A DNA stretch of 64,000 nucleotides, taken from NCBI RefSeq assembly GCF_964355755.1, contig NC_092674.1:4030001-4094000 (forward strand), read 5' to 3'. Both the position numbers and the translations under genes were made by a program. A model generated the notes under the pieces. That model saw only the letters and a list, made by a program, of their open reading frames with translations, did not search any database and was not told where the DNA came from. This DNA is from Antedon mediterranea (taxonomy: Eukaryota > Animalia > Echinodermata). Numbering within the stretch: the first letter of the stretch is position 1; the number at the start of each line of letters is the position of its first letter. Below are positions 27,524-38,795 of the stretch, in pieces.

Positions 27524-30513
27524 ATTAATCGAACAAATAGGCTTATTATAGAAGTGAAAGATCGAGAAACCGGTTGTTAAGATATGAGTAGCTAAAATTG
27601 AAATCAACACACTACGTTCAATACGCTAATTGGAAAGCACTCACGAATGCAAATAAATTGTGTCGTGTGTGTTGCTTTGCGTGCTCGAATGCGGCTAATT
27701 TAAGCAACCATTCTTTTTAATACTAGCATACATGACGTAGGTAGTTGAAATTAGAAATGAGCACCATGCTGGCGGGCTTCCGAGAAAGTATGCACAGCAG
27801 GAGCAGACAGCCGACTACGTGACATCACAACCAAGAAAAGTATTTATAACAACGCCTATTTCTATACAACCACTACCAGTATGTTTTACTTCATTATTTT
27901 TTGTTTTGATATTTTTAATTCGTGGAATTTTATCAATTTTAGTAAGCATTGAAAACGCAGATTTTAAAATGTCTGGTTTTTTTTAATGATGTTTGTTGTT
28001 AATGTTTGCTGGTAGGTATTCATATTTTACCTGATTTCTCCTGGGACATGACCGCATTTCGAGAGCTCTAAAACAATTAAAACAATTATTAACCAAGTTA
28101 ATTAAATATATAAATATTGGGCATTCATTGTGAACAGAATGGAATACGAGAAAAGAAATACTAAATATAATATTTTTAGATATGCCTTTATTTCGATCAT
28201 ATAATCCGATTTAATAAGGCCTATATTGAATTGAAGGAAGTTCATGTAGATACAACAGTATCTATATGCCTACGTTGGATGGATGCATGGTTTTGGAATC
28301 GGTTAACAAATAAGACATCGGAACCATTCTTATTCATGCTGTATATATTTAAATGTTTTTTTTGGGGGTTTTTTTTTTGCATGGTATGTCTATCTAGTAA
28401 AAACTTGTAATCTGGTAGAAAATACAGTGAAATAAAACAATTAAATTATGCAAAATTTACTTTGATAATTCATAAAATTCTGATTGACTTAAGTAATATT
28501 AGGCATATAGAGCAAAACGATTTCCGAAAATCGTACTGGTTGCCTTTATAAATTCTAACAAGACTAACAAAAAAACTGTAAAAAAGACACTTTCGCATGC
28601 ATGTTTTATTGAAGAAAGCATTCGATCGTGTTAACCGTGACTGAATGGTTTAAATTAGTCTGAGTTCCAGGCGGAGTTTTCATTTAATATTTTGGCGTAT
28701 ATATAGCGTTACATACGTATGCTACATCAGCCTTTATTTTCAGACAGAACATCGAAAAACCTCGAAATAACTACAGATTTTTAGGATATTAAAAGGTCAT
28801 AATTATAGGTTGCCTAATGTTAAATACAGGTGTGGTTAAATTTCAAAATTCTTTATAGATTCAAGATTCAAAATTGTGTTGGTCAACTTTAAAATTAAAT
28901 TTAGTTTGCTTGGCAAAATTAAGACAACAAAAGACAATACAACTACAGGAAAAAGACATCAAATTGCAAAAGTCACTGTTAAAATACTATTTGTAGGCCT
29001 TAAAAACTATTAAAAATGCAGAGATTGCAAAAACGCTATAGGCCATGTAAAATACTGTTAAAACGATTAAAAATAAAAAAATTACAAGTTCGTCGAACTT
29101 TAGAATTATTGTATGCTTTTTACAACAAAGGACTTCCTATCAACAGAGATTGGCTTTTGGTGGTCGTAGTCGTAATGCAAGATCTATAAAAAAAATTGTA
29201 ATGTAACGGATGCGTAGAATCTTTCATAATATTTTCAACTTCAACACTTCTCGTAAATCAGTGATACGTACTTGTGCAATTTTATATGGCTCTGTATATT
29301 TTTCTTAACTTTTTCAGTATAATTACCATAAAAACATCCAATGCTGAAAGATAAAATACTTCAAAAATAATACTTTGATAAAACAGGATAATTTTGTTTA
29401 GTTTTCTGAGAAAGAGTCTGAAATGCTCGAAATCATAAGAGAGTTAGATTCCCAAACTATTATAACCGTCGTATCCATTATCAGACCTCAAATAGATTTA
29501 TTAATGCATTCTGATTAGCCTTATTGCTATACCTCATTACCATGTGTCAATTATTTTGTTGTTATTATTTACAATGAGATTATTATCATTTCTTACATTT
29601 CTTATCTTCAGAAAATGTTACATTGTGTAAAAATGAACTAAAAGGTGGCGTGTAAATATGACACAAAATTGTTCACTTTCATTCGGTAACAACCAATGCC
29701 AATAACTGTGTTGAATTGTAATTTTAGTATAGTAACGGTATATATAAAATAAATACGAAATAATTGTGAATTTTACTTTAGATTACCCGCGGATATGTCG
29801 GTAAAGAATCCTTCCCAGTACAAATTTCAATTCAACAACTTTTAGCTTCATAATGAGAGATATAGGCCTAGTCATATTAATTATGGTTTAACCCGAAACT
29901 GCTCCCAAACCCCTTTCCTGAGATACTTATAATACTTTTAAAATGTCCTACTGGTCAATTTGATGACCAGCTACTACCCCTAGCCCAAACAAAAATCTCC
30001 ACCATCTTCTCAACCCCATTTTGAAATTAGTTTCGAAACTTCCCGGTACAATAGCGGGCATTTTGATACTCCATTATGTATTATAGATGCGTGCAGTAAC
30101 AACATTATTGTATAACGAACAAACAGACAAACGTACCAGCTCTTTCACAGTTGATATATTCCTTTCAGTCAAATGGCTTTGTTGAGCATATAAATTAGAA
30201 TATTGATAAATCGTATCTCAATGGTTGTCGTGAGGCCAAATAATAAAAAATACATGTTTCTTATCGTCTTTTTATTTGTTAATTTATATTGTTTCTTTTG
30301 TATTTATCATCTTCCCACAGTTTTATTTTATTCACCGAAAACGATTAGAAATGTTCGCGTAATAAGAACCCGCTTTGCGCGTTGGTTATAGTAAAGTGTG
30401 CAGTTAAATTGCATTGAAAAGTGGAAAGAGGAGGAGGAGGGGACGAGAAACATTTATTTTTAAACTTGGCCTCATTATAAATGCACTAGAAGGCCTCATT
30501 AACATTAATTGAA

Positions 30514-33500
30514 ATGGCGTCACATGAAGATTCAAGCGGGGAGGAAGGCCTAATCCCCGATTCAAGTTTGAGTATGCCAGAGTGTACCGAGGGTCCATTT
30601 ATTGGCAGGAAAGTTCGACTTAAGCAATTGTATGATTTACTTAAAAAAGGACATGACGATGGAGTGGCGACAATCTACATCAGCGGACTTCCAGGTATGG
30701 GTAAAACCAGGCTAGCAAAGGAAGCATACCGGCAGATGAAGAACCATGAGTTGCTGTTTGTTGACCTCCGGGAGCTGTCATCGACTGAGAGCATTATTAA
30801 CGCAGTTTTGCATAAAATTGGTGTACATTCAACTGCAATTAATATTGATGTCCTGATTTTGAAGTTAAAAGAATACAGACCAGAGAAAGCTGGTACGTAT
30901 ACCTGTAGGTTGTTGAAATTGAACAGAGTAGGCTACTAGCGGCCGTTTTGATATTTCAATTACCCTAGACAAATTCCCTCCCCCACCCAGACAAACCAGT
31001 AATATACTGACTGTTAGGGAATATTATTTATACAATAAAATCAAGTCAAGTCAAAGAAACCACCCCAGGATAACTCAGGAAAGGCCAATCATTACATTAG
31101 GAGATATACTAACTATCTCCCTAGTGAGTAGTTTTCATAGTGGTGGTGGGAGTGGTGGCGGGGTGGGTGATTGTAGTACAGTGGTAGGTCTTAAGGTTAT
31201 CTATATGAGAATCAAATTGTCATGGAATGAACTCTATAAAAGAACCCTTTTTAAAAATAAAAATAATAACTTGAACCTTTTCTTTGAGATCTGTCAAGAC
31301 CATGGAGTTATAAATTATTGTTGTACCTCCATTGTCATAACATACAATGTAGTCCACAATATCAACAAGTTAGTCGTCAGAAATTTCACCTCGAGTGTGA
31401 GTCTTAGTAAAAGGTTTTAATTGTAAGACCCACACGCGTAATGGACGGTAAATCCTATTGGTTTGGTGTTAAAACACACTAATTATTAATTATGTAATGT
31501 TTTTTTAAATATAGGTGGCGCTGTACTTTTATTGGCAAATGCGGATTTCTCTCATCATGTGTACAAGAACTTTGTTAAACTTCTAGAAAGAATTGTCGCA
31601 TGTGGTAACACCTGTCTAAAGGTTGTGATCACAACCACAAAAAGGCTGCCTCGAAAACTTTCACGTTACCAATGCGTAGAGAATATTTCTATAAACGAAC
31701 TTGAGTACAAGGATGCAAGAGATATCCTGCAATATTACGCTGGACAAGCTATATCTGATGAAGAAGCAGAAAGACTTGTACACATTTGTGGGAAGTGTCC
31801 ATTGACGTTGAAACTGACGGGTAGTCTTCTGGCAGACAACATCATCTCACCTAAAAAAATGATTGCGTATTTGGATAAGCGCCCCTATATGATTACCCAG
31901 ATGGAATTTGATGGAGATGTCAAATTAGAAGATTGCTATATTAACATAATTAACAGCTTACCAGACAACCAAAAGTTCCACATGATTCGACTTGCTACTG
32001 TTCCTGGTACTTTTACTAGACGAGCAGCTATGGCAATTCTCAGTATGAAGAAATCAGAGTTGGTTGATGTAATTAAGCAACTTCAGGATCTCAAAGACAG
32101 AAATCTGATTGAAACATCGATAGGTGACCTTCAGCGCTACGGAATGCATCTGCCAATGAGACAATCCCTTCAGAAGATTGGCCAAACAGATGAATCTGTT
32201 AAGTGCCAATATGAAGTTGGGGAGCAAGAGTTCATTGGATACTTTCTGCAGAAGCTTATAAAAATTGGAGAACTAAGTGAGTCAAAATACAAGAAAGCGA
32301 TGAAACGAAGGAACAAAGATACAGCTAACTTTCAAGAGCTGCTCAAACTTCTGCCAAAAAAAGAGAGAAGTGTTACAACTGATGAATGGCGAGTAATATC
32401 GACTACTGTGGAGTTGTTTTTTTCAACTAAAGAAAGATTGAAGTTTTTCAAAGCTCAACGTGAACTTGAGTACACTAGCAAGAATATTCTACAGTTTGTT
32501 GAAATGTCAGCTTATGAAAGTTTGCAAATGTCAAAGATGAACTATCGTTATGAAGAAATTCTACCACTGCTGGAAACAGCTGAAGAGGAACTTCTGAAAA
32601 CCAAGAAGCCAGAAGAAACACTTCCTACGATTCCATCTGTTGCTAAACTTTTCAAATGGAAACCTGAACAATATTTCGCAGCAAAACATGTAAGTTTTCT
32701 CACTGATGCTGAAAAAGAAACATTGATTTTGCTGTACCAACTTTGGGGCAATGTTTGTACCACGTGTTTGAAAGATTTAGATCAAGCTAATGTCAGAATC
32801 GGGGTTGCATATGATCTCTTGAAAGAACTAGATCTGCAGAATACCAATACAGCTCGATTCTACAGCACTATGGCAGATCTGATATTGACCAAATCTCGGC
32901 TTCAGCAAAGTAATGCTTTATGCAAAGAAAGCGAGGTGAAAAAAGCGCTGAATTTGTACCGCAAGGCATACGAATTAAGAGTGGCTCTCACCCAATCAGA
33001 ACATCACCCTGATATTCCAGTTTACCTTGCAAATATTGGTTCATGTTATTATCAGCTGGAAGATAGCAAAAATGCTATTGAATATTACAAAAGGTCCTTA
33101 AATTTAGACAGCCAATTAGAGGATAATATGGATATTGATAATGAAGAGGCCTACCTGAAGACTTTGAGAAATCTAGCACTAGCATATCGAGACGAAAACA
33201 GGTAGCTTAAATCAGTTTTATTTTAATTATGTGATATATAAACAAATTCTCTGTGGGAATTCTGTGGCCGTTTTTACCAATTACTTTAACTGAAATATTT
33301 AATTGGTTTTGCTAATTTTTAATTTTAGGCGTAAGGGTTTCCAAGCAAGCTGAAAATCATATACTGTATTCTTTTTCTGTACAGATTTAAAGAGGCTATT
33401 TACTATGCAGAAAAGTGTGCGAGTAGGCGTCGGAAGTTGCTAGGCATTCATACAGACACAGCACGTACATACTACCTATTAGGTCTGTTCTACTATGAAC

Positions 33501-34986
33501 GCAACCACAGAGGTGATATGCGGAGTGCAGAGGAGAATTTCAATGAGGCACTCAATATTGAAGGGCAGCTGTGGAAGCAGGGCAAGCCTCATTCAGTGGA
33601 TTGGGAAAATTTAAAGAGAAAAATACAAAGTCTCCTTGCAAGAACTGAACAAAAAATGAAATATTCAGAATATAAACTACGCTTCGATGTATGTAGATAT
33701 TTTTCGTCTTGCACAATTTTACAAATCTGTTAAATAAAATGTATATATTCCACGTTAAACTGCTTTTAATTTTATTCATAATTGTTGTTGTTGATATGGA
33801 TTCTTTTATTTTTTAGATAGCGGAGAAAAAATCAACTCAAAAACCTAAAGAAACAGTTATTTCTGACAACAACTCCACGACAGAATCTTCAGGTGAGTGA
33901 TTGGCCTTTTATAAACATAGGTTTGTCAAAGCTGACTGGTTATTCTCGCTGATACTTAATATAGGCTTACATGTCTTATTGTTATGCTAAATGAGCTGCA
34001 CTCATAATTTTATCCGTTACATAACGATACTTTTTATTCGAACATAAACAATTACGGGCAGTATGGTGACATAGTATAGTGTGTAGTAGTGTGTTTTGGA
34101 GTGTAGTTGTCGTTTGGTGGTTATGGTGCTGCTTGGCTACCACTCCACAAGGGTTCAAGTCCCGTCATGTCAGGATTTTTTTAAAGACAAAATTACAACT
34201 CCACTCCAAAAGTCTTGTGTATATGTTTGTCTTGTGAACCTCTGAAGGTCCCTAATGATCAGCAATTGCTGGATTGATCACCCTCATTAATATGGTGTAA
34301 ACAAAAAACCAAACGTCGCCCCGTAAGTTCCATTCGATTCGGTGGATTTTTTATTCACCACTATTGCTGAGTTTAGAGTTTAAAATAAATATTTTGTCTT
34401 TAAAATAATAAAAAAAAACCGTTATATTTCACAGATGAGTCAGTAGATGAGATAAAGAATCCGACATATACACAACATGCTTATAAACAAGAACGTCGTG
34501 ATGTTGTACGTAGAGCATTTTTTCTTCTTACTTTCATTAATTTGACCCTTGACCCAATGTATTACAACTGTTTTTTATTTCACTTCCGAACTGTATGTAA
34601 TACGAAGAAGATTGTATTTTTTTTTAGATAGCGGAGAAACCACTAAAACCGACTAGAACAGTTATTTCTGATGCCGACCCCATAAACGATTCTGTGGGTG
34701 AGTCGTACCTGTAGTATAGCCCTTTTACTGCATATCACAGATGTCTTAATTATATTCTCACATATTTTACATTATTTGCACGATTGCCGAGTAGTGTTTT
34801 GCATTTGAAATAGATAATGAATGCTTAAATATTTTACAGTAGATGAAAGCAAAATGTTGCAAAATATGGAAGACATAAAGAGCAAACATCACAGTAATTC
34901 ATCAGCTTCCGATGAGGGCGACACAAGGTCTGTTGCATCCAGGGACACTGGTATTTCAAGCAATGCTTCTTCTAATAAACTACAAG
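30514..34986 (+). CDS. STAND-class NB-ARC NTPase with C-terminal TPRs and low-complexity tail. Exons 30514-30892, 31515-33201, 33385-33688, 33817-33892, 34435-34505, 34628-34697, 34840/34843-34986; possible further exons 35295-35364 and from 35635
   Basis: FIGR motif, Walker A GLPGMGKT, Walker B-like VLLLANAD, VVITTT, CGKCPLTL, winged-helix RYGMHL; TPRs such as HHPDIPVYLANIGSCYYQLEDSKNAIEYYKRSL and HTDTARTYYLLG; splice phases compatible; terminal exons uncertain. Confidence 0.85.
34100..34297 (+). mobile_element. tRNA-derived SINE (family A)
   Basis: TTTGGTGG A-box-like, GGTTCAAGTCC B box, body GTCCCTAATGATCAGCAATTG...CACCCTCATTAA shared with the 42927 copy. Confidence 0.8.
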
Positions 34987-36296
34987 GTACTTTTCTTTTA
35001 ATTGATTTTCTCATGCGATTCCTCTCCTTCACCAATCCCCTTATCATTCACAAACACTAACTTTTTAAGAAATAGTTAGGAATATTTAGACTATAAGATA
35101 GTAGAGCTTAGGCCTAATGATACTTCATGATGGAAAATTGCTTAAGAAGCAGTAAAGGTTATTTATAATAAGGTTGATGGGGACCTCTTTGTCCAATTGA
35201 ACCTAAAAGCTAGGTAAAAGTTCCTTATCACTAATCAACAAATTATCCAATAATATGTCATTTTTTTTGTCTTTGTATACTTGCTGCGAGATAGTGTCAA
35301 GTAGGCCTACGAGTACAAGAGAGAGCGATGATCAAAGAAAGTCAGATGATACTGGCTATACTCGGTAAGATATTTATCTTTTGTAAAGACAGACAAACAA
35401 ACAAGCATAAAAAGTATAACAGTATACAGACAATTATTTTAATTTATACCAAGTCAAATATTACAAAATTATATTTTTATATCATATTCTGTAATAATAA
35501 CGACCCTTAATGTTTTATTATAATAAATTCAAGTTTAAAACCATGCAATAAATAGAAAAGTTGAGAAGCAATCGAATGCCAAATAAAAACGGTCACGCCG
35601 GGAAGTGAATTCATTTTACATTTTCTTAATACAGAGAGCGCTCTACATACTCTTTCTGTTATGATGATGGCATTCATTTTGTTTTAAATAAATTAAATTT
35701 ACAATAAAAAGTAAAAAATAAATAACATACATTCATGCTACCATTTATGAAACAGAAAAAAAAAACCAAAACAATTTGCGATCAATTTAAGCGCATGGAC
35801 GTTACAGAATCATATATTCATAAAGCAGTCTACACAAGGTAATGCATGCAACATTAAAATATTATTTAACGTTTTATAGCTTTAATGATAAAGGAACACG
35901 CTAGTAATTAATACGTTAAGGTAATTTACTAATAAGTTACATGAAAACGCTAGCATTATAAACAAGTTCTTTCTAGTTCGGAACTTTGTTGTTAATGTTC
36001 TTTCTTAAGATTATTATTAAGCAATTGTACATTTGCCGGTCCTCATAGTGTGAAATGAAATGTTGCTGTACAACCATCACATTCGGAATTTGATTCCATT
36101 TAACAAGGGAAGCTTGAATTATTTTTGATGTACTGTATAACTTCGGCTTATTGAATTCTATCGAAAATCTGATCGATGGATACTTTCAGAGCTACTGATC
36201 GAAAAAAAGTCTTTTTGTCAAGAGGAACTGAACCAAACGAACCAGTCTACAGTTGTATTTCAACATATAGTTAATCTGATTGGCAGGCTTGCCAAT

Positions 36297-38795
36297 CTAT
36301 GAGCCATCGCACGTGGTGACTTTGTTATTAACATAGGTGTCAAACGCAGCCTTCCAGTTGACCATATAAAAGCTTCTCCAATCCTTAAACTCTGCTTTCC
36401 ATTGACTTTCTGCTTCGTCGATGTCACCTAAAAACAAAACAAACAAAAATGTTAATGAGACAACGGTCAGGATCATTGTCCAGTCCATATATATCATATG
36501 ATGTCGAGACATATGATGTCTTTTAACAAGATGGACACTCGCACGGTATGCCTTCAAACGTTCCACAATTTCCTCATTGGAAATCTTGAATGCGCCGATG
36601 GGAAGTGTTGGCATACGTATTAGTTGTCTTTGTATATACACCTTACCTGTCTTTGCTTGTAAGTCCGGCAAGTATTTGTCCCAAAACATACACTGACTGG
36701 CCCTTGGTCCATTCCCCACGACAGTTTTCTGATTGGTAACTAAGGACGCATTTAGTACCAGATACTCAAGATTTTGAGCCGAGTGAAGCGGCCATCTCAG
36801 TTTCTCCATGTCGTCATTTTGCTTGATATTTGGATTTCTAACATAGTATAAATACAATAGATTATTATCAGGATGAAGTTAATGTTGTGGATGCTACTAA
36901 AACCCACCGGATACCACCGGGAAACAACGGACCTACCGGAGCATGAATCTTAATACCAGAGAGCAGCCACCTTCTAATAAAGTAGCGCAAAACGTGTGCC
37001 AGAGCCATGATCTTAACATTGGGGAGGCTGTCATCACGGTGGTACACTTGTAAGCAGATTTGATTGTAAAAGCATAGACATATAAATATAAGGATGATAC
37101 ACGTCGACGGAACTTCTGTACTTCAGATTCTGTGCGTTTCGTTGACATCAATGAAACACTCCAAATACAAAAGTGAAACCAGAATATGCGCACTTACGTC
37201 ATTCGCCGTCATCAATAATTACGTTAGGTTGATGACGTCATATCACCGTAAGGTGTCCGTGAATAGGCTTTAAAGTACTGTAGTACTTACCCGGTTCTTG
37301 CAAAATTAGCGTAGTAAGTCATCATTTGTCGACTCAATTGTTTGTCTTCATCGCTAAACCCGTTCTCTGTGTGAAGAGGAAGTCCAAAGAAGTAGGCAAT
37401 TTCGTCGCCGTGTAAAACTCCCATCCAATCTGGGAATGGGTGGTTCGAGGCACGTTGAGTGAATCTGTAGTAATACACATCTAGCTCGAATTCAGCATAG
37501 GCTTTGGCAAAATGAAAAGTTGGACAGACGAACTTGTTATCGCCGGCAGCCTGGTCAATAGCATCTCGAAAACTAGCGTCGTTGTTTGGTTTTAGCCAAT
37601 CCGTGTATTGGAATTCAATGGCGTCATGAGCAAAGCTGTTCTTATTTGGCCAGCAATATTCAATCGCTTCTCTAAACTGTGACTTGTCTAACAGACTTTC
37701 GGTGTCTTTGCTGTAGCCTGGCACTTCGTAAATTAGAAAAAAATTGGCTTCGTTTGTATTACTCCCGATTATGATCTCGCATGGTTTAAACGCTTTCTTT
37801 TGGAGTGTCGCTTGAGGAGTCTCGACAATAAACAGACCGTCAACTACAGGAACGAAGGCAAAGTTTAAAAATTCAGTCGTTACCCACATACTGTTCAGTA
37901 TTTCCTCTGCATCTTTGGTTTGCAAACATTGTACCATTTCATCGGCGGTAAAAGAACGACCACTGTTACTTTCGGTACACGATAGTTCCTCAGCTAACAA
38001 AGTACCTCTTCTTAGAGCTTCTGGTTTAATGTAATGCGCCCAAGGAGCGTTTGCAGACGCGCTCTGCATAATGGCGCGCTTAAACAGATTACGACTAACA
38101 GGCGACAACAGATGGAAACTTACACTCGCCGAACCTGCACTTTCTGAAAACAGCGTCACCTCATTAGGATTGCCACCAAATAAGGCAATGTTTTCTTGAA
38201 CCCATTGTAGCGCGAGCGCTTGATCGCGCAAACCAGCATTCCCAGGTGCCTCCTCTCCCATTGCTAAGAAACCAAGAGCTCCAAGTCGATAGTTCATTGA
38301 TACCACGATCAGGTTTTCTTCGGCAGCAAGAGTTTTTCCATCGTATACATCAAGCGAAGAAACGCCACTGAAATAGCTTCCACCATATATCCACACCATT
38401 ACTGCCGAATTACGCGGCCGAGGATAAGGTGCCCATACGTTTAAGTTCAAACAATCTTCACTCATGGGCACGTTTGGGTTCCACATCTCCGTGCCTGGAA
38501 ATCCGGGGAAAGTGTCATCTGGTAGCTGCATACAGCCATTACCGTATTCGGTTGCGTTAAACGTTGTCTTCCAATGTTCCTGTGGTACCGGTGGTTTAAA
38601 GCGTCGGTTACCTACCGGCGGTTCTGCATAAGGTATTCCCAGGAACGCGTCAACATCTTTGTTAAACACATTCATGCGTTTACCTCGAACCTTCCCTTGT
38701 ACAACTTTTACAATGATGTCTTCGCTAGCAGATACCACACAGAACATACTGAATGGTATAACCAGCAAAAAACAACAGCGTATAAACTGCATCAT
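36297..38795 (-). CDS. ACHE: Acetylcholinesterase/cholinesterase with T-peptide (WAT) exon. Exons 38795-37291, 36837-36647, 36427-36297
   Basis: Signal peptide; FLGIPYAEPP, GTEMWNPN (W84), SEDCLNLN, ESAG nucleophile Ser, NEANFF (catalytic Glu), WMGVLHGDEI (catalytic His), CMFW; C-terminal DIDEAESQWKAEFKDW...YMVNWK...C tetramerisation peptide. Confidence 0.95.

Noticed and set aside
27524-27610. N-terminal extension of the FAM43A ORF
   Set aside because: Begins at a non-ATG codon; first ATG is at 27523
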